Shown here piece by piece: positions 39,246-48,472 of a stretch of 54,604 bases of DNA (position 1 is its first letter; each line of letters opens with the position of its first letter). Position numbers and translations under genes: made by a program. The notes beneath the pieces were generated by a model. That model saw nothing but the letters and a program-made list of their open reading frames with translations. It had not been told where the DNA came from and searched no databases. This DNA is from an uncultured Dechloromonas sp. (GTDB taxonomy: Bacteria > Pseudomonadota > Gammaproteobacteria > Burkholderiales > Rhodocyclaceae), in assembly GCA_964525545.1 (NCBI GenBank), contig CAZGHR010000002.1, positions 1 to 54,604 of the forward strand, read 5' to 3'.

Positions 39246-41396
39246 TTATAGATGACTGAAGGTTTGGATACCCGTGCTCATGATCTCGCGAGAGAGATTC
39301 ATGGCAACGCCTACGGCAACAGCCGCCAGAATGCTTTCGAGGGCATCGTTGCGGAGTTGTAGCAGGGGAATACTGTTGATCGCCATCAGCGGCTGCACAT
39401 CGTTGCCGCGGGCGAGAACAATCTGGCCATCCCGGCTGAAGATGGCGCGACCATTGTTGGCCAGGTGTTCGGCCAGGCAGGGTGCATCGCCAAAACGGCT
39501 AAAGAAGATCACTTCACCATCACACAGGCGAGCCATGTCAGCTACTTCAGCATCATCGGCATTGAGGATGCCAACGCCGCTCGGTAGCACCACATCAATC
39601 TGCGTACGCATGACCCTATAGATGTCTTCGGCATCATTAATGGCGCATTCGGGCACTGTGTCGGTGGGGTCCAAGTTGGTGACCACGCCGATGGTGCAAC
39701 GCTCATAGGGCAGGCCATCGTTCAGGATGCCGCGGTTATCGTTCTCGATAATGGCGACATCGACCTGACGGTTCAGCATCAGGCGGTGGCCGCTTTCCCA
39801 ATCGGCGCAGTGACGATCATCCAGCTGGCGCTGATTGAAATACATGCCCTTGCTGCAGGCCAGGCCGACATTCATGCTGGTCAGTTGTAGCAGACTGGCA
39901 ATGAGTTGCGATACCAGCGTTTTGCCACGCGAACCCGCAATACCGATGATCGGCAGGTTGAAGTCTTCACCAGGGGGGAACAGATAATCTACGATAGCGT
40001 TGCCCACCGGGCGGGGGGTGCCGGCCGAGGGGCGCAGGTGCATCAGCAGGCCAGGGCCGGCGTTCACTTCAACAATGGCACCACGCTGTTCAGCCAGCGG
40101 CTTGGAAATGTCTTCAGCCACTAGGTCGATACCCGCGACATCCAGACCCACCACACGGGCAGCCAGCGCAACCACGTGGGCGACTTCCGGGTGGACTTCA
40201 TCGGTGATATCGATCGAGACATTGCCATTGCGCTGGATGAGTACGTCATGGCCAGCGGCCGGTACGGATTGGGCATTCATGCCCTGGCGTTCCAGCTCCA
40301 GGCGAACGGCAGAATCAATCCGCACAAAATTCAGCGTGTTCTCTTCGGCAGGGCCACGGCTCGGGCTGCTATTAATTTGTACTTCGATCAGTTGTTCGAT
40401 GGTGGATTTGCCATCGCCCTTAACGAACGCAAAGTCGCCGCGTGCTGCAGCAACCATTTTGCCGCCCACCACCAGCAGGCGGTGTTCGTTACCCGGGATA
40501 AAGCGCTCGACAATCACGCTACTGCCTTCGTCAACGGCGACCGAGAAGGCCGTCCGGACTTCAGCTTCCGTCATCAGATTGGTAAAGACGCCGCGGCCAT
40601 GGTTGCCATCAGATGGCTTCACCACCACCGGCAGGCCGATATCTTCGGCTGCTTCCCAGGCGTCATCAGCGGTTTCTACGACCACGCCTTCGGGTACCGG
40701 CACACCGCAGGCTTTGAGCAGGCTCTTGGTCAGGTCTTTGTCGCGAGAAATGGTTTCGGCAATGGCGCTGGTCTGGTCAGTTTCTGCTGTCCAGATACGG
40801 CGTTGCTTAGAGCCATAGCCCAGCTGCACCAGGTTGTTTTCGGCCAGGCGCATGGTGGGAATCTTGCGTTCCATAGCGGCATTCACGATGCTGCCGGTGC
40901 TGGGCCCAAGCAGGCGGTCTTCAGCCAGATCCTTCAGTTCTTCAACCGCGGCAGCCACATCGAAAGGCTTGTCTTCAATGGCGGCCATAATCAGGTCGCG
41001 GCCAGTGGTCAGTGCCAGACGGGTTACTTCGTCATGCAGGTTGTGCACGATGACTTTGTAGACGCTGCGGCGATTGCCATCGCGTGCACGACCGAATCCA
41101 CCCGGTACGCCCGCCAGGCTGAGCAGCTCTAGCGTCACGTGTTCCATAATGTGAGCCGGCCAGGTGCCCTCGTGGAGCCGTTTCACAAAACCGCCGTATT
41201 CCTCGTAGCTGCAGCGATGTTCCATTAAACCGGGGAGCCATGCCACCAGCCGTTCGGGCAAGCCGGGAATCTTGTCGGAGGGGAAGTCTTCCAGATCGCC
41301 AATATCCACCCAGGCTTCCAGAACCGGTACGTAGGTCCACATATTGGGACCGCGAATCGACTTGATGTCGATGATTTTTATGGTTTTATGACTCAT
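39246..41396 (-). CDS. cphA: Cyanophycin synthetase paralog (CphA'-type; C-terminally short, degenerate ligase motifs)
   Basis: IRGPNMW, Cx19HxxEH N-domain motif, LGPSTGSIV, VVKPSDGNHGRGV, EVNAGPGLLMH; Mur P-loop reads AGSRGKT; no DYxHN lid domain. Confidence 0.88.
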   Translation of the reverse strand: MSHKTIKIIDIKSIRGPNMWTYVPVLEAWVDIGDLEDFPSDKIPGLPERLVAWLPGLMEHRCSYEEYGGFVKRLHEGTWPAHIMEHVTLELLSLAGVPGGFGRARDGNRRSVYKVIVHNLHDEVTRLALTTGRDLIMAAIEDKPFDVAAAVEELKDLAEDRLLGPSTGSIVNAAMERKIPTMRLAENNLVQLGYGSKQRRIWTAETDQTSAIAETISRDKDLTKSLLKACGVPVPEGVVVETADDAWEAAEDIGLPVVVKPSDGNHGRGVFTNLMTEAEVRTAFSVAVDEGSSVIVERFIPGNEHRLLVVGGKMVAAARGDFAFVKGDGKSTIEQLIEVQINSSPSRGPAEENTLNFVRIDSAVRLELERQGMNAQSVPAAGHDVLIQRNGNVSIDITDEVHPEVAHVVALAARVVGLDVAGIDLVAEDISKPLAEQRGAIVEVNAGPGLLMHLRPSAGTPRPVGNAIVDYLFPPGEDFNLPIIGIAGSRGKTLVSQLIASLLQLTSMNVGLACSKGMYFNQRQLDDRHCADWESGHRLMLNRQVDVAIIENDNRGILNDGLPYERCTIGVVTNLDPTDTVPECAINDAEDIYRVMRTQIDVVLPSGVGILNADDAEVADMARLCDGEVIFFSRFGDAPCLAEHLANNGRAIFSRDGQIVLARGNDVQPLMAINSIPLLQLRNDALESILAAVAVGVAMNLSREIMSTGIQTFSHL

Positions 41397-41654
41397 CTAG
41401 GCTACAGGAGTGTCAAAGTTCCGTCCGGAAAGACCCGGTTCGGGCAAAGCAGCTGCAAATCTGGTTTCTTCTTACGCCATTGTAAACAGAATCTGAGGCC
41501 AATAACGCACCAGAATCATAACGGATGACCATTCACCAGTTTTTATTAATAAAAGGCCTCGCTGGTGTCAGCCAAAGCCCGTAGCCATGCGTTAATCTGT
41601 CAGAATTCCAATTTTCCGGATCACCGGAACGCGCTTACAGTTAGACCATACCAA

Positions 41655-43976
41655 TTGAATCTACCCGCTAATTCCGCGCAGGCCTCGCGCACTGCTCAAA
41701 ACGTTCACCGCACGCCAGAGTTCTGGATGCCTGCACTGCATGCCCACCTGGCTGAGAGCGAAACCATTCTGGCCACGATTGAAACCGATCTGGATGACCA
41801 GTTGCAGTTTGCCCGTGGACTGATCTGTCTGACTGATCAGGGTTTGTACGCGCTATCGCACACCGGTGAATGGTCGCAATGGCCACTTTCAGCGGAGCAG
41901 ACCTTAAAGCTCAGTGATCACGCTGGCATTGCCACCCTGGATCTCTTGTCACCTGAAGGCCGTCTGGCTTGCTGGCGCTTTACGCTGGCGCAGAACCCAT
42001 CGGCGTTGCGCCTGGTGCGTCAGCTGGATAGCCTTCGTGAGAAACAACGAGTTGAGGCCGGCGAAGCGGTTGCCGAACCAGAGGCCTCGGAAGAAGCGGC
42101 GCTTTGTCCTAATTGCTGGCTACCATTGCCGCCGGATCAGGATGAATGCCCGGCCTGCTATAGCGAAAACCTGACGTCGCCCTCGACCTGGACGCTACTG
42201 CGTCTCTGGCGTTTTGCTCGGCCCTATAAGAAAGAGCTGCTGATTGGCTTTGTCCTGACGCTGCTGGGTACGGCTGCCACGCTGGTGCCGCCGTATCTGA
42301 CCATGCCGCTAATGGATAAGGTATTGATTCCGTTCCAGAATGGCAAGCACATTCCCGTTGGTCTTACCGTCATGCTGTTGAGTGGGTTGCTGCTCAGTGC
42401 GTTGGTGGCCTGGGGCTTGGGCTGGGCGCGTACATATATTCTGGCGCTGGTGAGTGAACGCATTGGCGCCGATCTGCGGACCGCGACCTACGACCATCTG
42501 CTCAAACTCTCCCTGGAGTACTTTGGCGGCAAGCGTACTGGCGATCTGATGGCGCGTATCGGTAATGAGTCAGACCGCATCTGCGTGTTTCTCTCGCTCT
42601 ATGCCCTGGATTTCGCCACCGACGTGATCATGATCCTGATGACGGCAGCCATTCTGGTGTCGATCGACCCGTGGCTGGCGCTGGTCACTCTGGCGCCGTT
42701 GCCTATGATCATGTGGCTTATCCACATCGTGCGTGACAAGCTGCGCTTTGGCTTCGAGAAGATTGACCGCATGTGGGCAGAAGTGACCAGTGTGCTGGCC
42801 GATACCATTCCCGGTATCCGTGTGGTGAAGGCCTTTGCCCAGGAACAACGCGAATCCAACCGTTTCCGTACGGCCAATGCCCACAACCTGGCGATTAATG
42901 ACCGCGTGAACAAGGTCTGGAGTATGTTCACGCCGACGGTGACACTGCTCACTGAGATTGGCCTACTGATTCTCTGGGCCTTTGGCATCTGGCAGGTCGC
43001 GCATCACCATATTACGGTGGGCGTGTTGGTGGCCTTCCTGGCGTATATCGGCCGCTTCTATACCCGCCTGGATTCAATGAGCCGCATCGTCTCGCATACC
43101 CAGAAGGCCGCAACCGGTGCCAAGCGCATCTTCGATATTCTGGATCATGTATCGAGCGTGCCGGAGCCGATCAATCCGGTGCATATCGAGAAGGTCTCTG
43201 GACGCATCGACATCAACCGCGTGGGTTTTCGCTACGGTAATCGCGCCGTGCTGCGTGATGTCAGTCTTAATATTCAGCCCGGCGAAATGATTGGTCTTGT
43301 TGGCCACAGTGGTTCGGGTAAGAGCACGCTGGTCAACCTCATCTGCCGTTTCTACGATGCCTCTGAGGGCAGCATCAAGATTGATGGCACGGATATCCGT
43401 TCGATTCCGGTGTCGGAATATCGCCAGCACATCGGCCTGGTGTTGCAAGAGCCATTCCTGTTCTTTGGCACCATCGCCGAAAACATCGCTTACGGCAAAC
43501 CGAATGCCACGCGAGAAGAGATTGTGGCCGCCGCCCGTGCCGCCCACGCACATGAATTCATCCTGCGTCTGCCGCATGGTTACGACTCAGTGGTGGGGGA
43601 GCGTGGTCAGGCCCTATCGGGTGGTGAGCGTCAGCGCATTTCCATTGCCCGCGCCCTGCTGATTAATCCGCAAATCCTGATTCTGGACGAAGCCACCTCG
43701 TCGGTGGATAGCACCACCGAGAAGGAAATCCAGAAAGCCCTGGATAACCTGGTGCAGGGTCGTACCACCATCGCCATTGCTCACCGTTTATCGACGCTGC
43801 GTAAGGCAGATCGGCTGATTGTGCTGGATCGCGGGCAGATTATTGAAGAAGGGTCGCACGACGAACTGATGATCAAAGATGGCACTTACCGCCGCATGGT
43901 GGAAACACAGGCCCGGCAAGAAGCGGAAGACAAGGCTTCAGCCATGAGCGCCTTCGGAGGCAACCATGACGAATGA
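41655..43976 (+). CDS. ABC exporter (TMD plus NBD) with an N-terminal extension; cyanophycin-locus associated
   Basis: Hydrophobic TM domain, GHSGSGKS, LSGGERQR, ILDEATS, IAHRLST. Start is uncertain (41565 GTG, 41655 TTG or 41727 ATG). Confidence 0.9.
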   Translation: MNLPANSAQASRTAQNVHRTPEFWMPALHAHLAESETILATIETDLDDQLQFARGLICLTDQGLYALSHTGEWSQWPLSAEQTLKLSDHAGIATLDLLSPEGRLACWRFTLAQNPSALRLVRQLDSLREKQRVEAGEAVAEPEASEEAALCPNCWLPLPPDQDECPACYSENLTSPSTWTLLRLWRFARPYKKELLIGFVLTLLGTAATLVPPYLTMPLMDKVLIPFQNGKHIPVGLTVMLLSGLLLSALVAWGLGWARTYILALVSERIGADLRTATYDHLLKLSLEYFGGKRTGDLMARIGNESDRICVFLSLYALDFATDVIMILMTAAILVSIDPWLALVTLAPLPMIMWLIHIVRDKLRFGFEKIDRMWAEVTSVLADTIPGIRVVKAFAQEQRESNRFRTANAHNLAINDRVNKVWSMFTPTVTLLTEIGLLILWAFGIWQVAHHHITVGVLVAFLAYIGRFYTRLDSMSRIVSHTQKAATGAKRIFDILDHVSSVPEPINPVHIEKVSGRIDINRVGFRYGNRAVLRDVSLNIQPGEMIGLVGHSGSGKSTLVNLICRFYDASEGSIKIDGTDIRSIPVSEYRQHIGLVLQEPFLFFGTIAENIAYGKPNATREEIVAAARAAHAHEFILRLPHGYDSVVGERGQALSGGERQRISIARALLINPQILILDEATSSVDSTTEKEIQKALDNLVQGRTTIAIAHRLSTLRKADRLIVLDRGQIIEEGSHDELMIKDGTYRRMVETQARQEAEDKASAMSAFGGNHDE

Positions 43977-44463
43977 TCTACTGAGCTTTCACCGCACTTA
44001 CCAGCTGCGTAAAGACGCCTTCGGTAATCTGGATCTGGTCTGGTCGGATGGTGAAGTCATCGAACGTGTCACGCCAGTGCGGGCTTTCCCGTTTTCTGAT
44101 CCGGACAATGGCTTTTCTCTCGTGGATTCGGAAAGCCATGAAGTCGTTTGGCTTAATTCCATCAATGATCTCAAGGCCGAAGACCGGGTATTGGTCGATG
44201 AAGTGCTGGCGACCCGTGAATTCATGCCGGTGATCACCCGCATCGAGAGTGTGTCATCGTTCAATACGCCCAGTACCTGGCAGATCGAAACGGCACAGGG
44301 CAAGACGCAGCTGGTGCTCAAGGGTGAAGAACACATCCGCCGTATTAACGGCATGGGTGGCAACAACCTATTGATCTCAGACAACCACGGCATTCAGTTT
44401 TTGATCAAAGACGTAAGCCAACTGGATAAACATAGCCGACGGCTGCTGGATCGTTTCCTCTGA
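43966..44463 (+). CDS. DUF1854-family protein (cyanophycin-locus associated)
   Basis: VTPVRAFPFSDP, REFMPVITRI, WQIETAQG, DKHSRRLLDRFL. Overlaps the ABC gene stop by 11 bp; GGAGG RBS. Confidence 0.82.
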   Translation: MTNDLLSFHRTYQLRKDAFGNLDLVWSDGEVIERVTPVRAFPFSDPDNGFSLVDSESHEVVWLNSINDLKAEDRVLVDEVLATREFMPVITRIESVSSFNTPSTWQIETAQGKTQLVLKGEEHIRRINGMGGNNLLISDNHGIQFLIKDVSQLDKHSRRLLDRFL

Positions 44464-44472
44464 TTTGACCCT

Positions 44473-44811
44473 GTGAGCACTGAATCGCCCTGCATGAACT
44501 GTGGTGCCTGTTGCGCCATGTACCGGGTCTCATTCTATTGGGCAGAGGCCGCCGATGCGCCTGGGGGCTGGATACCTGTTGAGACTACAGAGCAACTCAC
44601 GCCTACCATGCGCTGCATGCGCGGCACCAGTAGCAAGACACCGCGCTGCGAACAGCTCAAAGGCGAAATCCCCGGGGCACTCTGCGGCATTTACGAAAAC
44701 CGCCCCTCGGTATGCCGTGAGTTAGAACCCTACGACCTCGAAGGTAACCCTACGGATCAATGCTCACGGGCGCGGGCGGCCTATGGTTTGTTGGCGTTAC
44801 AGGGTGTATAA
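44473..44811 (+). CDS. YkgJ-family cysteine cluster protein
   Basis: CMNCGACC, RVSFYWAE, RCMRGT, CGIYENRPSVCR, CSRARAAYGL. Confidence 0.85.
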   Translation: MSTESPCMNCGACCAMYRVSFYWAEAADAPGGWIPVETTEQLTPTMRCMRGTSSKTPRCEQLKGEIPGALCGIYENRPSVCRELEPYDLEGNPTDQCSRARAAYGLLALQGV

Positions 44812-44841
44812 ATTCATACAAGATCCTAGCCGGGAGTTTCA

Positions 44842-45804
44842 ATGAAACACACGCTGCTCGCTTTGATAGCCACTTTTGGGTTGGCTTTATCCCAAGCACC
44901 ATTTGCGGTGGCGCAGGAGGGATCTGCTGGCGTCCCGGCGATGCAGGTCAAACAGGTCGCCCCTAATAGTTACTATGTGCAGGGTTTGGCCGAGCTGGGT
45001 TCATCAGCGAATCAGAACTTCATTTCCAACGCCGGATTTGTGATCACGCCAGCGGGCGTGGTGGTGATTGATGCGCTTGGTTCACCGGAATTGGCGCGGC
45101 GGTTAATCGCCCAGATCCGCAAGATCACCGATAAGCCCCTGAATACGGTGATTGTGACGCATTACCATGCCGACCACGTGTATGGCCTCCAGGTATTCAA
45201 GGAGGCGGGTGCACGCATCGTGGCGCATGAAGCCTCGGGTGAATATCTGAACTCGGATACGGCGCGTTTGCGACTGGATGCATCGCGGCAGGAACTTTTC
45301 CCCTGGGTAGATGAGAGCACTAAGCTTCTACCGCCCGATGAACCGATCAAGGGCGCAAAAAAGCTGGTGGTTGGTGGCGTGGATTTCGAGCTAATTCCGG
45401 TGGGGCCATCCCATACGCCGGATGACCTGGTGGTCTGGCTGCCGCAATCGAAGGTGTTGTTTGCCGGGGATCTGGTGTTCCGCAACCGCATTCCTTTTGT
45501 TGGCCAGGCGGATAGCCGCCAATGGATCGAATCACTCAATACGCTGCTGAAGTTCCCGGCTAAGGTGATGGTGCCCGGGCATGGTCCTGCATCCACAAAC
45601 CCCAAGCAGGATATGTCGCTGACGCGGGATTATCTCGTCTACCTGCGGCAAACCATGGGTAAGGGGGCGGCTGAGCTGGTGCCGTTCGATGAGGTTTATA
45701 AAAATACAGACTGGAGCCGCTTCAGCAAGGTGCCGATGTTCCAGTATGCCAATCGGATGAATGCCTATAACACCTATCTGCTGATGGAGCGGGAAGGGCA
45801 GTAG
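44842..45804 (+). CDS. Secreted MBL-fold metallo-hydrolase (SoxH-like)
   Basis: Signal peptide, SNAGFVIT, THYHADH (HxHxDH), SHT, FAGDL, VPGHG. Confidence 0.85.
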   Translation: MKHTLLALIATFGLALSQAPFAVAQEGSAGVPAMQVKQVAPNSYYVQGLAELGSSANQNFISNAGFVITPAGVVVIDALGSPELARRLIAQIRKITDKPLNTVIVTHYHADHVYGLQVFKEAGARIVAHEASGEYLNSDTARLRLDASRQELFPWVDESTKLLPPDEPIKGAKKLVVGGVDFELIPVGPSHTPDDLVVWLPQSKVLFAGDLVFRNRIPFVGQADSRQWIESLNTLLKFPAKVMVPGHGPASTNPKQDMSLTRDYLVYLRQTMGKGAAELVPFDEVYKNTDWSRFSKVPMFQYANRMNAYNTYLLMEREGQ

Positions 45805-45831
45805 TCGCAGTACTTAACGCGCCATAAAAGA

Positions 45832-45861
45832 AAAAGCCTGACCATTTCTGATCAGGCTTTT
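45832..45861. terminator. Bidirectional terminator between the MBL gene and ssrA
   Basis: AAAAGCCTGA...TCAGGCTTTT inverted repeat with A/T tails on both sides. Confidence 0.8.
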
Positions 45862-45865
45862 GTTT

Positions 45866-46229
45866 TGGTGGAGCCGGCGGGAATCGAACCCGCGTCCGAA
45901 AGTCCGCGACAAGCAGTTCTACATGTGTAGTCCGGTCAATTGAATTTAGTCTTGGCGCGCCGGCCGAACAGGCTCGCTTCAGACGATTCACTAAATTTTC
46001 GAGTCGGGCCCCGTGACATGGCCAAACCTTATCTCGTGTTCATGATCCCGATGTAGCTTTCGCTACCTGACCCATGAGCAAGTCAGTTCGGGAGCCAGCT
46101 GCAATTAAGCAGCTAGAGCGTAGCGCTCGTCGTTGGCGATTGTGTTGTTTTCAGTTGGTTTTACGAGGTAGCTGAGCCTCGACATGCCCTGTCTTGCTTT
46201 GTAACCCCCGTCGAAACCAGGTCGGCCCC
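45866..46229 (-). ncRNA. ssrA: tmRNA (SsrA); tag peptide ANDERYALAA at 46137-46105
   Basis: 5' GGGGCCGACCTGGTTTCGAC, 3' GGTTCGATTCCCGCCGGCTCCACCA tRNA-Ala-like domain; internal frame GCC AAC GAC GAG CGC TAC GCT CTA GCT GCT TAA. Confidence 0.97.
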
Positions 46230-46258
46230 GTGAGTCTTACATCACATAAGTGGGGAGT

Positions 46259-46924
46259 CTAGCACAGCGTTTCAAGCAGGTCGTGCAGATCTTTGGGTGT
46301 CTTCACGATGTGGTGCGCGTTCCATTGCTCGATGGGCGGTCCATCGCCCAGGTAACCCCAGCGTACGGCCACGCTGGTCATGCCGGCGGCATGAGCGGCC
46401 TGCACATCACGCAGATCGTCTCCCACATAGAGGCAAGCTTCAGGCGCTACGTTAATGGCTTGAGCGGCATGGAGTAGGGGGTCGGGTGCTGGTTTGGGGT
46501 TGGGCGTGGTATCACCACCCACGGTAATGGCGCAGCGCTCGGCGAGCCCGAGTTGCTGCATTAAGGGTTGGGCAAAGAACTCCACCTTATTGGTCACAAT
46601 GCCCCAGGGTAGACCACGGGCTTCAATGCCCTCTAGCAGTTGCGGGATGCCGGCAAATAACCGGGTATGAACGCACAGATTGTTTTCATAGAAAGACAGA
46701 AAACGTAGGCGGGCGTGTTCAAACCCTGGGTCATCCGGTGTGAGGCCTACGGCTTCTTTGAGGAGACCGCGAGCCCCTTGTGAGGCGAGTGGACGGAGTA
46801 TTTCTACAGGCAAGGGCGGCACCCCATCGGCCAGGCGCAGACTGTTGGCAGCGTAGGCCAAGTCGGGCGCAGTATCGGCGACCGTGCCGTCCAGATCGAA
46901 CAGAACCGCTTTGATTTGTTGCAT
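46259..46924 (-). CDS. gph: HAD phosphatase (Gph, or MupP-like MurNAc-6-phosphate phosphatase)
   Basis: FDLDGT, VTNK, KPAPDP, YVGDDLRD; coupled to ubiG, the usual context for this family. Confidence 0.85.
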   Translation of the reverse strand: MQQIKAVLFDLDGTVADTAPDLAYAANSLRLADGVPPLPVEILRPLASQGARGLLKEAVGLTPDDPGFEHARLRFLSFYENNLCVHTRLFAGIPQLLEGIEARGLPWGIVTNKVEFFAQPLMQQLGLAERCAITVGGDTTPNPKPAPDPLLHAAQAINVAPEACLYVGDDLRDVQAAHAAGMTSVAVRWGYLGDGPPIEQWNAHHIVKTPKDLHDLLETLC

Positions 46925-47643
46925 TAGGCGCTGCGACGCAGGTGAACCATGTAATTGACGCTGGTATCGTTGCCCAGGCTGTACACCTTGGTCAGCGGGT
47001 TGTAACTCATGCCGATCATGCTCACGAGGTCTAAACCTGCATGCCGTGCCATGCGCACCAATTCAGCCGGTTTAATGAATTTGGCGTAGTCATGCGTGCC
47101 CTTCGGCAGCATGTTCAGCACGTACTCGGCACCAATGATGGCAAAGAGATAAGCCTTGGGGTTGCGGTTCAGTGTTGATAGAAACACTGAACCACCCGCT
47201 TTCACCAGTTTGGCGCAGGCATCAATGGTCTGCTGCGGATCTGGCACGTGCTCCAGCATTTCCAGGCAAGTCACCGCATCAAAGCTGCCTGGGTGTTCGG
47301 CCGCCATCGTTTCGGCGGCAATGTGGCGGTAGTCGACCTTGACACCACTTTCCAGCAGGTGGAGCTTGGCAACGCCAAGGGCTTTGTCTGATAGGTCGAT
47401 GCCTGTGACATCGGCGCCCTGTGTTGCCATAGCTTCCGAGAGTAAGCCGCCGCCGCAGCCGATATCGATGATCTTTTTACCGGCGAGGCCGATGGTCTGA
47501 TCAATCCAGCGGGTACGCAACGGGTTGATCTCGTGTAGTGGCTTGAATTCGCTATTCGGATCCCACCAGCGGTGAGCCAGATCAGAAAACTTCTGTACTT
47601 CGGCCGGGTCGGCGTTGGTGCTTTGTTGTAGCGGGGCGTTCAT
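46924..47643 (-). CDS. ubiG: Ubiquinone biosynthesis O-methyltransferase
   Basis: [50 protein letters not shown]. Confidence 0.97.
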   Translation of the reverse strand: MNAPLQQSTNADPAEVQKFSDLAHRWWDPNSEFKPLHEINPLRTRWIDQTIGLAGKKIIDIGCGGGLLSEAMATQGADVTGIDLSDKALGVAKLHLLESGVKVDYRHIAAETMAAEHPGSFDAVTCLEMLEHVPDPQQTIDACAKLVKAGGSVFLSTLNRNPKAYLFAIIGAEYVLNMLPKGTHDYAKFIKPAELVRMARHAGLDLVSMIGMSYNPLTKVYSLGNDTSVNYMVHLRRSA

Positions 47644-47728
47644 ATCGGTTCGGACTGCTGGTGAGTAATGCTCAGATTATAAAGCCGGGGGCAGGGCTAT
47701 GCACTTAATGACCAAACTGCGGGCATTA

Positions 47729-47754
47729 AAAAAGCCACCCGAAGGTGGCTTTTT
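47729..47754 (-). terminator. Rho-independent terminator of ompA
   Basis: AAAAAGCCACC-CGAA-GGTGGCTTTTT perfect hairpin. Confidence 0.88.
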
Positions 47755-47776
47755 CTCGTGCTTCGAAACTCGGCGA

Positions 47777-48415
47777 TTACTTGGTGCCGATGATTTCGAG
47801 AACTGCACGACGGTCTGGTTGCAGACAGTCAACCAGCTTCTTGTTGCTACCGTTCTGTGCGCCGCCGATCTTGTCACAGGTCTTGCCTGTAACTGGATTA
47901 GCCTTGCCCTTGCCTTCGGTGTAAACCTTGTCAGCTGGGATACCCTTCGAAACCAGGTATGCCTTAACCGAGTTAGCGCGGTGCTGCGACAGCTTCAGGT
48001 TGTAAGCGTCAGAACCGATGCGGTCGGTGTAACCAACAGCAACGATAACTTCAACCTTAAGAGCCTTAGCTTGGTCAACAACGTTGTCCAGAGCCTTCTT
48101 ACCTTCAGGCTTCAGGTCAGCCTTGTTGAAGGCGAACAGGGTGTCAGCAGCCAGGGTGATCTTGGCGCCGGCTGGAGCAGCCTTGTCAGCACCACCTTCG
48201 CACTCGGCGATGGCGTTTGCTGGAGTCCAGTAGCCATCGCGCCAGCACAGGCCAGCACCGCTCTTGACTACGTTGAAATCTTTGTCGACCAGATAGGCAA
48301 CAGTGCCGTTAGGGTCGATACCTGGGGTAGCAGCGTGCGCAACGGTAGCACCCACGCCCAGGCCGGCAACGATTGCAGCCAGGACGGCTTGCTTAGCAGA
48401 AATACGCATGGTCAT
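47777..48415 (-). CDS. ompA: OmpA-family peptidoglycan-binding protein (betaproteobacterial type)
   Basis: Signal peptide, GLCWRDGYWTP, LFAFNKA, GYTDRIGSDAYNLKLSQHRA, CLQPDRR. Confidence 0.92.
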   Translation of the reverse strand: MTMRISAKQAVLAAIVAGLGVGATVAHAATPGIDPNGTVAYLVDKDFNVVKSGAGLCWRDGYWTPANAIAECEGGADKAAPAGAKITLAADTLFAFNKADLKPEGKKALDNVVDQAKALKVEVIVAVGYTDRIGSDAYNLKLSQHRANSVKAYLVSKGIPADKVYTEGKGKANPVTGKTCDKIGGAQNGSNKKLVDCLQPDRRAVLEIIGTK

Positions 48416-48472
48416 TCCTCATTCGTGTTGTAGATAATTAACAGCAGGAACGGGCACTCCTTGTGAGCACAC

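Noticed and set aside
37650..41132. Long plus-strand ORFs (299, 272 and 318 aa) opposite the cphA genes
   Set aside because: Antisense shadows of GC-rich coding sequence with no recognisable domains.
39246..41396. Short cphA paralog as a pseudogene
   Set aside because: Uninterrupted 716-aa frame, 3-bp spacing to its partner and a precisely retained N-domain metal motif argue for a maintained gene.
41397..41654. Sigma54/NtrC control of the cyanophycin locus
   Set aside because: Only an isolated GCACCA half-site was seen, and no correctly spaced -24/-12 motif was found by eye.
44842..45804. MBL-fold protein as a metallo-beta-lactamase resistance gene
   Set aside because: The THYHADH and GDL pattern and overall sequence fit SoxH-like hydrolases; nothing specific supports a B1-B3 beta-lactamase.
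45805..45866. Integrative element at the ssrA 3' end
   Set aside because: The terminator follows immediately and is shared with the MBL gene; no integrase or duplicated att sequence seen.
47699..48433. 244-aa plus-strand ORF opposite ompA
   Set aside because: Antisense shadow that runs through the ompA terminator hairpin; no motifs.
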